Shown here: positions 41,588 to 52,175 of the stretch, one piece after another
Position numbering within the stretch: position 1 is the first letter of the stretch
How the letters are laid out: each line of letters opens with the position of its first letter
Source: an uncultured Chloroflexia bacterium
GTDB taxonomy: Bacteria > Chloroflexota > Dehalococcoidia > GIF9 > UBA5629
Assembly: GCA_963751585.1 (NCBI GenBank)
Contig: CAVVVB010000017.1
Span: 110,201-174,200 of the forward strand
Length of the DNA: 64,000 bases
Direction of reading: 5' to 3'
Notes under the pieces: model-generated
What the model was told of the DNA's origin: nothing
The model's database searches: none
The model's input: the letters and a program-made list of their open reading frames with translations, nothing else
Made by a program: the position numbers and the translations under genes

Positions 41588-42106
41588 ATGGTAATAGACA
41601 GAATGCGTATCAATGTTGCCCAATTGCTCAAAGAACCGATAGGATCGAGTCGCACCTATCAAATAGAGGAGAGCCTTGACACGGAGGATGTAAGCTCCGT
41701 GAAGGGCGAGGTAAAGCTTGTTCGTACGGATCGCGGCATTATGGTAAGCGGCATTATGTCAGCCCATGTTAGGGGAATCTGCAGCCGCTGTCTCAAAGCT
41801 ATTGACTACCAAGTGAAGTATGATTTTGCGGAGGAGTCTCTGCCAAGTACAGGCATTTCGGAGGGCTTAGCTTCGCCTGATCAGCCTTGTTACATTGCTA
41901 TTGACGATAGTCAAGAAATAGACTTGAGCGAAGTCGTATACCAATACGCCTTGCTGAGTATACCCGCCAAGCCACTTTGCGACCAGGACTGTGCCGGAAT
42001 CTGTCCCAACTGCGGACTCGATCTAAATCAGGGCACCTGTCAATGTTCATCCGAAGCATACGATGAGCGCTGGTCAAAATTGATCCGTTTAGGGAAGGAG
42101 CGTTAA
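41588..42106 (+). CDS. DUF177/YceD family protein
   Basis: CSRCL, PAKPLCDQDCAGICPNCG, DERWSKL; upstream of rpmF. Confidence 0.92.
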   Translation: MVIDRMRINVAQLLKEPIGSSRTYQIEESLDTEDVSSVKGEVKLVRTDRGIMVSGIMSAHVRGICSRCLKAIDYQVKYDFAEESLPSTGISEGLASPDQPCYIAIDDSQEIDLSEVVYQYALLSIPAKPLCDQDCAGICPNCGLDLNQGTCQCSSEAYDERWSKLIRLGKER

Positions 42107-42113
42107 CTCAAAA

Positions 42114-42332
42114 ATGGCGTTGCCAAAGAAGAAATATCCAAAATCAAGGCAAGGCAAAAGGCGTAGTCATCTAGCTCTTGCCATTCCCAAATTGGTTGAT
42201 TGCCCTCAGTGCCACACTCCCAAATTGCCCCACCATGCTTGTCCTACGTGCGGCACTTATGCAGGCAGAGAGGTCATTGAGGTTAAGACCCCTAAGAAGC
42301 CTGGCCAAGGATCAGGTGGCCCCAGAACATAG
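42114..42332 (+). CDS. rpmF: 50S ribosomal protein L32
   Basis: ALPKKK..RRSH..CPQC..PHHACPTCGTY. Confidence 0.95.
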   Translation: MALPKKKYPKSRQGKRRSHLALAIPKLVDCPQCHTPKLPHHACPTCGTYAGREVIEVKTPKKPGQGSGGPRT

Positions 42333-42410
42333 CGTCTACCTTCAATGGGTGGGCAAATAACCTAATAGAACAGTCAACGCGAGCGTAGATTTGAACTAGA
42401 AGGAGGTGAT

Positions 42411-43355
42411 ATGGTCGAGGCAGTAAAAGTTGCTTACGTCTTTCCCGGTCAGGGATCATGTTCGGTAGGGATGGGGTTAGAGCTTTATGTCCATTACGCT
42501 TCGGCGAGGGAGGTTTTCGACGAAGTTGACAAGATTCTTGGCTTTTCTCTCTCGCGCTTATGCTTCGAGGGCCCGCAAGAAGATTTAAGACAAACCGTCA
42601 ATGTCCAGCCCGCGGTTTTGGCTACAAGCGTAGCCAGTCTACGAGCTGCTCAAGAGGTCAGCAAAGATGGCGCACCGGTACCTACTCTCGTTGCTGGACA
42701 TGACATGGGTACATACAGTGCGCTGGTAGCCGCTGACGCGCTGAGTTTGTCCGACGCAATACGTCTGATTCGCGAAAGAGGACGATTGATGAACGAAGCC
42801 GGGCAAAGAACGAGCGGCGGCATGGTATCTATGACGGGGTTAGATATTGAAGTCGTTAAGAACCTTTGCTTTACCACAGGTACCGAGATTGCCTATATTG
42901 ATGCCCCGGACCAGGTCACTATCAGTGGCTCACAAGAAAATTTGAACAAGGCCAGAAGATTAGCCCAGATAAAGGGCGCCCGCCGTGCTCTGCCCCTGAA
43001 GGTGAGCGGGCCCTTCAATTCCACACTAATGGAACCGGCCATAGCCAGGTTGAGAAATGCGATATCGGAATTCACATTCAACAAGCCGTCCGTCCCAATT
43101 GTAGCTAATGTTACCGCCCAACCTCTGACAGATCTGGAAGCGATAAAGGAGGAGCTAGTCAGTCAGCTAGTTCGCCCCGTTCAATGGCAGCAGTCCATTG
43201 AGACAATGATCGGCAGGGGTGTAACCACCTTCTTTGAACTGGGCCCCGGTGAAGCACTGACCAAACTGATCAAGCGAATCAGCCCCGGAGCTCAGACATT
43301 TAACATCAACAACGTCCAGACCGTAAATGAAATAATGTCATGGCGCAGGGGGTGA
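42411..43355 (+). CDS. FabD-like (malonyl-CoA:ACP transacylase fold) protein with substituted catalytic residues
   Basis: FPGQGS, QPAV, RGRLM, QVTISG, PVQW, ELGPG identify the fold; GHS is GHD and FHS is FNS. Confidence 0.88.
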   Translation: MVEAVKVAYVFPGQGSCSVGMGLELYVHYASAREVFDEVDKILGFSLSRLCFEGPQEDLRQTVNVQPAVLATSVASLRAAQEVSKDGAPVPTLVAGHDMGTYSALVAADALSLSDAIRLIRERGRLMNEAGQRTSGGMVSMTGLDIEVVKNLCFTTGTEIAYIDAPDQVTISGSQENLNKARRLAQIKGARRALPLKVSGPFNSTLMEPAIARLRNAISEFTFNKPSVPIVANVTAQPLTDLEAIKEELVSQLVRPVQWQQSIETMIGRGVTTFFELGPGEALTKLIKRISPGAQTFNINNVQTVNEIMSWRRG

Positions 43356-43571
43356 TAACGCGCCAAACTGTAAATGCGGTGGCTGCACTTAATAAGAGCT
43401 TAAGTTCCGCGTCATAGCCATCTGAACATAGCTCTCTTTGAATACCACCGCCAACCATAACTATTGTGGCAAAAAGCTGCTCTCGCTGCCACGGCACCCG
43501 CCCTAAATCAGCCTAGAATATTGGTGTGCCCAAGAGCACTTAGGAATATCCGCTAAGTTAGGAACTGGTAA

Positions 43572-43988
43572 ATGGTGACTGGACTCAGGCGAAAAGCAAG
43601 AATCGTAGCTCTGCAGACACTGTATGAGCTTGACTGTTCCACTCACAAGCCAGGGGAAGTCTTGGCTCGCCAATCGAAAAAGGCAGCTCTGCCTCATGAG
43701 GTTGCCGAGTTTGCCGAAAGTTTAGTCAATGGAATACTTGCTAACAAGAAGGATATCGATGATGTCATTCGAAAATTCGCACCAGCCTTCCCCGTCGAAC
43801 AAATAACCGCCATAGATAGAAATATTCTCCGCCTTGCCATTTTTGAGCTTTTATTCGATAATAGAGTTCCTGTCAAAGCAGCAATTAACGAAGCCGTTGA
43901 ATTGGCTAAGAGTTTTGGTAGTGACACCTCTCAAAAGTTTGTCAACGGCGTTCTAGGCTCAGTGGTTACTAACCGTACGAAAGTGTAA
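43572..43988 (+). CDS. nusB: Transcription antitermination factor NusB
   Basis: RRKAR..ALQTLY, IDRNILRLA, INEAVELAKSFG, FVNGVLG. Confidence 0.96.
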   Translation: MVTGLRRKARIVALQTLYELDCSTHKPGEVLARQSKKAALPHEVAEFAESLVNGILANKKDIDDVIRKFAPAFPVEQITAIDRNILRLAIFELLFDNRVPVKAAINEAVELAKSFGSDTSQKFVNGVLGSVVTNRTKV

Positions 43989-44040
43989 ACTAAAGGATGG
44001 CCGAGTAAACTTGTATAGCTTGTATAACTAGAGCAAAAGA

Positions 44041-44298
44041 ATGGGACGAATCTCCGATAAACTCAGAAAAGTCATCGCAGAACAGCTAGGTGTTGACGAG
44101 AAATTGATAGTACCGTCGGCGTCTTTTATCGATGACCTGAACACCGACCCCTCCGATTTGGCCGAACTAATCACCACCATAGAACAGGAATTCAGCAGGC
44201 CGGGGCGAAAGCTGGAAATACAAGATGAAGATATTGAAAAAATCATTACCGTTCAGGACCTCATTGATTGCCTAGGAGATTACGACATAGAGGATTAG
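44041..44298 (+). CDS. Acyl carrier protein-like, DSL motif replaced by DPS
   Basis: VIAEQLGV..SFIDDLNTDPSDLAEL..EQEF..IQDEDIEKIITVQD; acidic 85 aa. Confidence 0.85.
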   Translation: MGRISDKLRKVIAEQLGVDEKLIVPSASFIDDLNTDPSDLAELITTIEQEFSRPGRKLEIQDEDIEKIITVQDLIDCLGDYDIED

Positions 44299-44330
44299 AC
44301 AGCCACTAATCCTGTCTGGCTTGAAAACAG

Positions 44331-44358
44331 AAAGGGCCCCGGTATATAGGGGCCCTTT
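44331..44358. terminator. Bidirectional intrinsic terminator between convergent genes
   Basis: aaagggcccc-ggtatata-ggggcccttt, 10-bp stem with A/T flanks. Confidence 0.8.
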
Positions 44359-44377
44359 TGACATATGCAAAACTGCA

Positions 44378-45631
44378 CTACTTCGCTACAAATGTATCAT
44401 ATGGAATGGGAGAGTCGAAATTGGTGTCCAGTACGCCGTCTTTGTACTCGGAAGTCCAACCGCCACGGAGGGTGAGACGATTGATTCCTATCTGCGGTTT
44501 CCCTACCCAATAGCTATCAATTCCCCATATTCCTTTCCAGTGGAAATTGGCAAAGCCCTCCATCCAGGCGGTAGAGTCCATGGCGTTCTGGGTATTGAGA
44601 AATTCGAAGAAAGCCTTAGGAATGTCATAGCACTGCATCAGCAATGAAGCGGGGACCTCATTGTACTTCTGCTTGGCCCTGTTGTACACATCACGGTAAG
44701 TTTGGCTGGCCATAGGACTGTCGGGATTCACATCGAGGTTAACGATCTTATTCAGAGACTGCTTAGGCACCACTTCCTCCATCACACCGGGCGGGGGATT
44801 GCCAGGCATAATGATCAGACCTTTGAACCCTGCTTCCCGCAGTTGCTTTATCAAAAGTGCACACAGAGCTCCCATGGAGCCAGGCGTGGAGGAGGTATCA
44901 ATAATATCGGCATTTTTTGGCAGTACACGCGTAATTATCGGCTGAAAGTCCGTAGTGGTAGACGGGAACTTCTCCACACCTATCCATTCGAGACCGTATT
45001 TAGGCAGTGATTTTTGAGCAGCGTCGGTAAAAATTGGCAGATCAGGCAAATCGGGGCCCATAGAGAGCACCGTTTTGGCGTCCGGGTAGAATTTCTGCAC
45101 GTAGGCAGCTAAGTCAGTGTACAGTTCCTCAAACGGGGGAGCAAAAAAGAAACTGTATGGTTTGTTCGGACCGGTCATGGTGGGATACAAAGGCAGCAAG
45201 AGAAACGAAATCACCTTGTTGGGTTCAGTTACGGTCTGTGCACCCAGCGCATCGGCGACGAAAGGCCCGCCGATCACCTTCACATGACTGTTAAATATCA
45301 GGTCCTCAGCCTGACTTTTGCCAACTATAAGATCCATCTTGCTGTCACGGATAATTGGATTCAGCGTGTACTTTTGCCCACCGATAGTGACCCCACCAGC
45401 CTCATTTTGAACATCAATGGCCAGCAGTATCCCATTTTGCATCTCGGTGCCAATGAATGCCGACGGACCGGTCAATGGGGTGATAATGCCAATGTCCAGC
45501 GTCTTGGGCGGCGCTGCAGCAGGGGCAGGTGCTGGAGCTGGAGCAGTAGACGGCTGAGCACATCCAGCGAGAACCAGCCCAACAATAAACAACATCCCAA
45601 GTATTACCGATAAACCTCTCTTCACTTTCAT
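44378..45631 (-). CDS. ABC transporter substrate-binding lipoprotein (branched-chain amino acid type)
   Basis: LAGC lipobox, PA linker, IGIITPLTG, NEAGGV.IGG, TTDFQP. Confidence 0.88.
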   Translation of the reverse strand: MKVKRGLSVILGMLFIVGLVLAGCAQPSTAPAPAPAPAAAPPKTLDIGIITPLTGPSAFIGTEMQNGILLAIDVQNEAGGVTIGGQKYTLNPIIRDSKMDLIVGKSQAEDLIFNSHVKVIGGPFVADALGAQTVTEPNKVISFLLLPLYPTMTGPNKPYSFFFAPPFEELYTDLAAYVQKFYPDAKTVLSMGPDLPDLPIFTDAAQKSLPKYGLEWIGVEKFPSTTTDFQPIITRVLPKNADIIDTSSTPGSMGALCALLIKQLREAGFKGLIIMPGNPPPGVMEEVVPKQSLNKIVNLDVNPDSPMASQTYRDVYNRAKQKYNEVPASLLMQCYDIPKAFFEFLNTQNAMDSTAWMEGFANFHWKGIWGIDSYWVGKPQIGINRLTLRGGWTSEYKDGVLDTNFDSPIPYDTFVAK

Positions 45632-45779
45632 AGCTCTCCTTTCATAACAAGTTGAATCTTAAAATAATTATGCCGGTGAACTTGCCATCAATATGTATCT
45701 GAAACTCGATCTTCCTACCTCCATTTCGTAAATATATTCAGCACACCGTGCAAAGACGGTTCATTCAGGGGCTTTTGCA

Positions 45780-45808
45780 AATCTATAACACCGCCCGCCG
45801 TTTGTCAA
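45780..45808 (-). promoter_or_regulatory. Putative sigma70 promoter for the substrate-binding protein gene
   Basis: TTGACA-17 nt-TAGATT. Confidence 0.5.
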
Positions 45809-45812
45809 GTAT

Positions 45813-48800
45813 TCAGGCTCCGGCCTTAAATGCGGTGCTTGCCGCAGCCTTTTGAAGTACATCCTTAAGCACTTCCGGCCAATTGCTGCCCACAACCTTC
45901 GTGTCCAGCTTCATTTGTGCGCTGCCCACCTTTATCCCGTGGCCAAAATCTTTCGATAACGATGCTCTGTTAGACTCCGCTGTGCTGTTGAAGTTCAAAA
46001 TTATCTTACTATCCTCTGTGGAAATAGATTCAACCATGGCTGCTGCAGCCAACTGTTTGATTTCCACTACGTACAAAAGATTCTTGACTGGCTCGGGCAA
46101 AGGTCCGAATCTATCATTCATTTCCTCGGCTACGTCGTCTATTTCTTGAATTCGTTTTATCGCCACCAATCGTTGATATAAATTCAATCTCGTGCTCAGG
46201 TCGGAAATATATTCTTCCGGGATGTAGGCAGCCAGAGACAATACGATAGTGGGGACCAGGTGTTGACTTTCCTTTTCAGGTGCCCGAACACTCGGTTTCC
46301 CTTTGGCCTCATCCACCGCTTCAGCCAAAAGCTGGCAATAAAGATCAAAACCGACGGCAGCTACATAGCCGCTTTGTTCCACCCCCAACAAATTTCCAGC
46401 CCCCCGGATTTCCAGGTCCTTCATAGCGACAGCAAATCCGGCGCCAAGCTCCGTAGCCTCCGCAATGATCTTGAGGCGCTTTCGAGCCTCTTCAGTAAGC
46501 TGCTTCCTTTTGTCAAAAGAGAAGTAAGCGTGTGCATGGCTTGTACCACGTCCCACGCGGCCACGTAGCTGATAAAGCTGCGTCAGCCCAAACTTATCAG
46601 CTTGATCAACAATAAGTGTATTGACGTTAGGTATATCAAGACCGGACTCGATTATAGTAGTAGTAACCAGGACATCGCTCTTATGGTTAATGAACTCGGT
46701 CATCACTCTCTCCAGCTCATGCTCAGGCATCCGACCATGCGCCACGGATATTCTGGCTTCGGGAACGAGGCTGCTTAACCTATGGGCAACCATGGCAATA
46801 TTGTAGACCCGGTTATGAACGAAAAACACCTGGCCGTTTCGCTCAAGCTCATGCAATATGACCTCTCGAACCAGGGTTTCGTCGTAGCCACCAACGTGAG
46901 TCCTTATCGGCAAACGCTCCTCCGGCGGAGTTTCGATGGTGCTCAAATCCCTGATGCCGGCTAACGACATGTGAAGAGTACGCGGAATGGGAGTGGCGCT
47001 TAACGTCAGTACATCTACCTCCCGCCTCAGCTTCTTAAGATGTTCTTTGTGCACTACTCCAAAACGTTGTTCCTCATCTATTATGACAAGCCCCAGATCC
47101 TTAAACACAACATCCTTCTGCAGTAGACGATGCGTACCGATACAAATATCTACAGCGCCTGATGCCAGGCCACCCAGCGTCTCCGCCTGCTCCTTTTCTG
47201 TGCAGAAGCGGCTCAACATCTCGACTCTTACCGGAAACGCCTGGAGCCTTTCGCGAAATGTATCAAAGTGCTGCTGTGCTAGTACCGTCGTCGGCACCAG
47301 CAAGGCCACCTGTTTGCCACCCATAACCGCCTTGAATGCGGCTCGAAGCGCCACCTCCGTTTTACCATAACCGACATCTCCGCAAACGAGGCGGTCCATA
47401 GGCTTTGGCTTCTCCATATCATTTTTAACCGCATTAACGGCCTCTAACTGGTCGGGCGTTTCCACATAGGGAAAAGAAGACTCCATCTCCTGCTGCCACA
47501 AACTATCTGGGGAGAAAGCAAAACCCTGAATTAACTCTCTCGACGCGTAGAGCTCCAGCATCTCTTTGGCGATAATAGCCACCGATTCCTTGATTCTCTG
47601 TTTGGTACGTTCCCATTCTTGTGTTCCCAGCCGACTCAAGGTGGGCGGTTGATCACTTGAGCCAACATAGCGACTAATACGGTCCACCTGATCGACTGGC
47701 ACATAAAGCCGGTCACCGGCGGAATACTCAAGAAGGACGTATTCGCGGTCAACCCCGTCCTTGAAGATCCTGGTCAGACCCACAAACCTGGCAATACCGT
47801 GGTCAATGTGAACAATATAGTCTCCCGGCGTCAATTCGGAAACGAACCAGTGGTAACGTATTGGGTTCTTTCTGGCCAACCGTCTTTTTTTCACGAAGCC
47901 AAATATTTCGCTATCGGTAACCAGCGTGAGGACATCTTTGATATACCAACCTTCAGACAGGGACCCCAGAACTAAAGTAGCTGATTTCAACGGTGGCACT
48001 TCCTCAATTTGCTGAACCGAACCGGCCACTATATCTTGATCTTGAAGAAGCTCCATAAGACGATTTGTTTGCTGGCTAACAACAACTACGCGACGATCTT
48101 GTTGCAGCATTTCTCTAAGCCCGTTGGCAAAAGTGTCAAGCCTGCCTCCATAGCTTGGCACCGGCCCAAAAGTCAAAACTTGACGTGGCTCATTATCTGA
48201 GTCACCTGTATCCCAAGCACAGAGTGCCAAATGGCGTCTCATACCGTTGATCTTTGCGGCAAACTCTGGCCAGGATAGGATCGAAGAATCCGATATCGGC
48301 TCGCCCCGCTCCGACAAAGCCTGATGAAACTCCTCAGCTTCACAATTCAGTTTGTCTATTGCAGTCTTGAGTTCATCGAGGCTATCTGTTATCAGCAGCG
48401 TATCGTCAGGCAGGTAATCCATGATGTTGTCAGTGCTCAGAGATCGTCTGCTCTCACTGGCTGGCGCTATGCTTACAGAGGACACCAATCTCAGAGAACG
48501 TTGCGTCTTCGGATCAAAAAGCCTGATGCTTTCCACCTGATTGCCCAGGAATTCTATCCTAGCGGGGAACTCACTATCCGGAGAAAAGACATCAATAATC
48601 CCGCCACGGCGGCTCATCGCTCCCGGCACTTCAACAATATTTTCGTATTCGTACCCGATCCCCTGCCATTTCTCTATGAGCTGTAACGGGTCAACATTCA
48701 TGCCGACTTTCAACAGATCGCAGGACGCGGCAAATTCGTCTCGAGACATTTTTTTGCTTACTGAAGCTAACGCAGAACTCACTATCAGAGCGCTTCGCCT

Positions 48801-49253
48801 TTCTCCTGACGTATTACTACAAAGGGCCAGGGTCGAAAGCGTTCGCAGTCTGTCCACCTTAGTAGCCGCATCAGGTGAAGAATATTCGTCGGCCAGGAAA
48901 TCACTTTCGGGAAAGGATTGCAACCAGGTCTCACTGGGGCACCAAACCTGAAGCTCGTCACAGAGCTTCTTGGCATTTTCCGGTTGAGCAGTTATCACCA
49001 AAATGGGTAAGTTTAACGCTTCATGAAGAGCGGCAATGACAAATGATTTAGCGGCATCGGATATGATCAATTTGACACCACCAGCTCGTGGCTCAAGCAG
49101 CTTGGCCTTTAGCTCCCCGTACCCCGGAATGTGTTCAATTAAGGGCAAAAGGCGAGACAAATTCATCACAAACACCTGTAAGGCTAGCCGTAAATGAGGG
49201 ATACTGCGGACTAGCCCTGGCTCAATTCTAGCATGAGCCCATTTGTCCCACAA
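45813..49253 (-). CDS. mfd: Transcription-repair coupling factor (true start probably near 49166)
   Basis: [62 protein letters not shown]. Confidence 0.97.
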   Translation of the reverse strand: MWDKWAHARIEPGLVRSIPHLRLALQVFVMNLSRLLPLIEHIPGYGELKAKLLEPRAGGVKLIISDAAKSFVIAALHEALNLPILVITAQPENAKKLCDELQVWCPSETWLQSFPESDFLADEYSSPDAATKVDRLRTLSTLALCSNTSGERRSALIVSSALASVSKKMSRDEFAASCDLLKVGMNVDPLQLIEKWQGIGYEYENIVEVPGAMSRRGGIIDVFSPDSEFPARIEFLGNQVESIRLFDPKTQRSLRLVSSVSIAPASESRRSLSTDNIMDYLPDDTLLITDSLDELKTAIDKLNCEAEEFHQALSERGEPISDSSILSWPEFAAKINGMRRHLALCAWDTGDSDNEPRQVLTFGPVPSYGGRLDTFANGLREMLQQDRRVVVVSQQTNRLMELLQDQDIVAGSVQQIEEVPPLKSATLVLGSLSEGWYIKDVLTLVTDSEIFGFVKKRRLARKNPIRYHWFVSELTPGDYIVHIDHGIARFVGLTRIFKDGVDREYVLLEYSAGDRLYVPVDQVDRISRYVGSSDQPPTLSRLGTQEWERTKQRIKESVAIIAKEMLELYASRELIQGFAFSPDSLWQQEMESSFPYVETPDQLEAVNAVKNDMEKPKPMDRLVCGDVGYGKTEVALRAAFKAVMGGKQVALLVPTTVLAQQHFDTFRERLQAFPVRVEMLSRFCTEKEQAETLGGLASGAVDICIGTHRLLQKDVVFKDLGLVIIDEEQRFGVVHKEHLKKLRREVDVLTLSATPIPRTLHMSLAGIRDLSTIETPPEERLPIRTHVGGYDETLVREVILHELERNGQVFFVHNRVYNIAMVAHRLSSLVPEARISVAHGRMPEHELERVMTEFINHKSDVLVTTTIIESGLDIPNVNTLIVDQADKFGLTQLYQLRGRVGRGTSHAHAYFSFDKRKQLTEEARKRLKIIAEATELGAGFAVAMKDLEIRGAGNLLGVEQSGYVAAVGFDLYCQLLAEAVDEAKGKPSVRAPEKESQHLVPTIVLSLAAYIPEEYISDLSTRLNLYQRLVAIKRIQEIDDVAEEMNDRFGPLPEPVKNLLYVVEIKQLAAAAMVESISTEDSKIILNFNSTAESNRASLSKDFGHGIKVGSAQMKLDTKVVGSNWPEVLKDVLQKAAASTAFKAGA

Positions 49254-49305
49254 AATAGAAATCGGCGAAAGCCATTGCTAGGTCGATATCCGTGGGCTAT
49301 AATTT

Positions 49306-50178
49306 GTGGTACATAGAAGGATACTCGTCCCCCTCGACGGTTCCCGCCTGGCGGAAAGAGCGCTTCCATACTCCGAGGCAATCTCTTTGAATACAGGTGG
49401 CGAGTTGATTCTTTTCACCGCCGTGGCCACCTCAAATGAAAATCTGGACCACCCTATGAGAGCCTATTTGGACGTCAGCGCGAAAGCATTGAAATCGAAA
49501 AGGGTGAAAACCTCTACAGCTATTGCGCATGGCAATGCGGCAGACGAAATTCTTAAATTTGTCGACAGAAACGAAATTGACCTCATCATCATTTCGACTC
49601 ACGGCCGCTCCGGAATTGGGCGCTGGCTCCTTGGAAGCACGGCTATGAAGCTGCTTTACGGCACTTCCGTTCCAGTGCTCTTAGTCAAGTCGAAAGCTCC
49701 AAAAGTCTCCAAGGTTGAATTCAAAAAGGTACTTGTTCCCCTTGACGGCTCACGCTTCTCAGAGGTCGCTATTCCTCATGTCAGGGACTTAACAGTGAGA
49801 AGAGACAAGGAGATTATTCTCATCCGTGTGGGTGAGCCACCCGTATTGATAGCTGACCGCTCTCCTGATGTAAAGCCCAGCTGGGAAGAGTATCTGGCCT
49901 CACTGGTCGCGGAAATTGAGCGCCAGGGTATTGCTTATTTGCAGCGTATAGAAGCAGAACTGCAGCCAAGCGGCGCGAATGTGAGGACACAAAGCATTGT
50001 TGGAGAACCAACAAAGAACATTCTGCAAGTGGCTCAACAAGAAAACGTTGACCTGATAGCCATGACTACTCACGGGCGCACCGGAATCAGTCGCTGGGTT
50101 TATGAAAGCGTGGCTACAAAAATTGTGGAGGAGTCAATACAACCTGTCTTGCTCATACGTCCGTGCAAGCCAGAATAA
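49306..50178 (+). CDS. Universal stress protein with two USP domains
   Basis: Two ILVPLDGS..E.A and THGR.G..RW..S repeats. Confidence 0.92.
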   Translation: MVHRRILVPLDGSRLAERALPYSEAISLNTGGELILFTAVATSNENLDHPMRAYLDVSAKALKSKRVKTSTAIAHGNAADEILKFVDRNEIDLIIISTHGRSGIGRWLLGSTAMKLLYGTSVPVLLVKSKAPKVSKVEFKKVLVPLDGSRFSEVAIPHVRDLTVRRDKEIILIRVGEPPVLIADRSPDVKPSWEEYLASLVAEIERQGIAYLQRIEAELQPSGANVRTQSIVGEPTKNILQVAQQENVDLIAMTTHGRTGISRWVYESVATKIVEESIQPVLLIRPCKPE

Positions 50179-50214
50179 CCTATTAACCGCATGCAAAATA
50201 TCTCTTTGAACCAT

Positions 50215-52146
50215 TCATACTGAGGTTTCAATCACCACAACCGTGCCCTGACCAAGCTTTGACTCTATTTTCATACTGCCGCCTACGAGTGTAATACGTT
50301 CCTGCATTCCGGCCAAGCCCAATCTGCCCTGCTTTACTAAATCACCTGTCGTAACTGGGGGGTCAAACCCTTTACCATTATCCTCGATAACCATTCTTAT
50401 TTTCTCTTTCCCAACAAATTCGAGCTTAACCCCAGCCATTGTCGCTTCAGCATGTCTCCATACATTCCTCAAGGCCTCTTGGGCAATGCGAAAAAGCACC
50501 AGTTCCAACTCGGGAACAAATCGTCGGCTAACGCCATTTGCCTTTACCTTCACTTCTATTCCTGAACGCTTTTGGATATCGGAGGCTAACCATTCCAACG
50601 CCGGCACGAGACCCAGGCGATCCAGCGCAGGAGGACGCAAGTCCTGACTCAATCGTCGTACGTCAGCCATCACATTGTTAACCTGCTCCCTTAACGTCTC
50701 TAATCGAATTTCGTTTCCGGATGAGACCCCGGGTTCCAAAGCGATGTCGTCTAGCTGTCGAGCCAGCACAACCAACGCTTGAATGGTGTCGTCATGGAGC
50801 TCTCTAGCAATGCGTTTTCTCTCTTCCTCCTGAGCTATGGTGATTTGGCCTAAATAAAAGCGTAAGCTCTCTTGCATTCTTTTTTCCTGCGTGACATCTC
50901 TAGCAATATGTTGGAAACCTAGTGGTTCACTGCCATCCCCAACCACATTGGTGGTAAGCTTCAAACTGGCCTCAGTCCCCTCCCTGGTGATTAGCCTTTG
51001 CTCGTAAGGTTGAGGAACTGGTTCTCCATTTAGCAATTTAGCCCGAATCTCTTTGGCCAAGTTCAAGCTTTCCTCGGAAAGTAAAGACCTGACGTTCATA
51101 TTAAGTAGCTCATCCACTCTGTATCCAGTAAGACTGGCAGTAGCGCGGTTGGCCGATACAATGTTTCCATCCATGTCATAGGATCCAGATGGCATCATGA
51201 GCATTCTGGAACAGCTCTCGATACCTTTCCTCGGATTCTCTCAATTGGTCTACAATTTTGCGCTCCCGCTCATAAAGCTGAGCATTCTCTATAGCAACAC
51301 CAATCTGATTGCCGACAGCAACAACCAACTCGACTTCATCTCGACGAAATTGGCGATGGCGGCGCATGGCTACAGATAGAGTACCCATGACTTTCCCTTT
51401 AGATCTCAGAGGTACGATAATTTGAGACCGTATTTTTTCGTCTATTACCGCTGTCTTGGTCAGCCTGGGATCTTTCGAGGCATCATCGATAAGCACGGGT
51501 TCTCCTGTCTGAGCAACCATCCCATTTAAACCTTCTCCAAGTCTAATACTGCCCAAGCTTTGGACGAATGTGTCTGATACACCCCTGTAGGCATGTAAGC
51601 TAAGTTCTTCACTATTCTCGTCCAAAAGAAATATCAACGCAGCATCAACAGCCATCACATCCATAATACTTTCAACGCTACTATTTAGAATCTCTTTTAG
51701 TTCCAGAGACTGAGAACCATGCTGGAGATTTGATCCAGAGCCGCCAGCCGTAGGCGATGTTCACGTTCACGTCGCAGCAGCGCGAAACCAAAACCCAGTA
51801 CAATACCGACGATAAAAACTGCCCCCGTCTCTAAAAGGGCGTCTTTGGGTACCGGGGAAACCAAAATGGCACGAGGTAGCATAATTGCCAGCGTAATAAA
51901 AGAAACAGTGACAGCTCCCCGCCAACCAAAGGCATAGCCAGCCAATATGATAGGGAATAGGAAAAGAATTCTATCGAGAGCATGCCGAGTTATGCCGATA
52001 GCAGACAGAAGCCCAACGACAAATGCTGGATACTTCACCACTTCCGCATAGTGCAGAATTGTGATTAGTACCAACAGTGCTACAAGAACCCAAAAGGCTG
52101 GCCTGAAAACAACCCTCGTCAGCCACCCAAACGATAATCGCCGCAC
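50215..52146 (-). CDS. Membrane sensor histidine kinase (TM-GAF-PAS-HisKA_3-HATPase), split by two apparent frameshifts
   Basis: Three consecutive ORFs: TM region, GAF, then PAS with EEERKRIARELHDD, EALRNV, DNGKGF, GLAGMQER. Confidence 0.88.
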
Positions 52147-52175
52147 GACGTTAAATCCAATCAGAGCCTAAATTC

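Noticed and set aside
43356-43571. fabG remnant between fabD-like and nusB
   Set aside because: I found no TGxxxGIG or other SDR motif in the translations I checked.
50215-52146. Three separate signalling genes
   Set aside because: The pieces join into one TM-GAF-PAS-kinase with single-base shifts.
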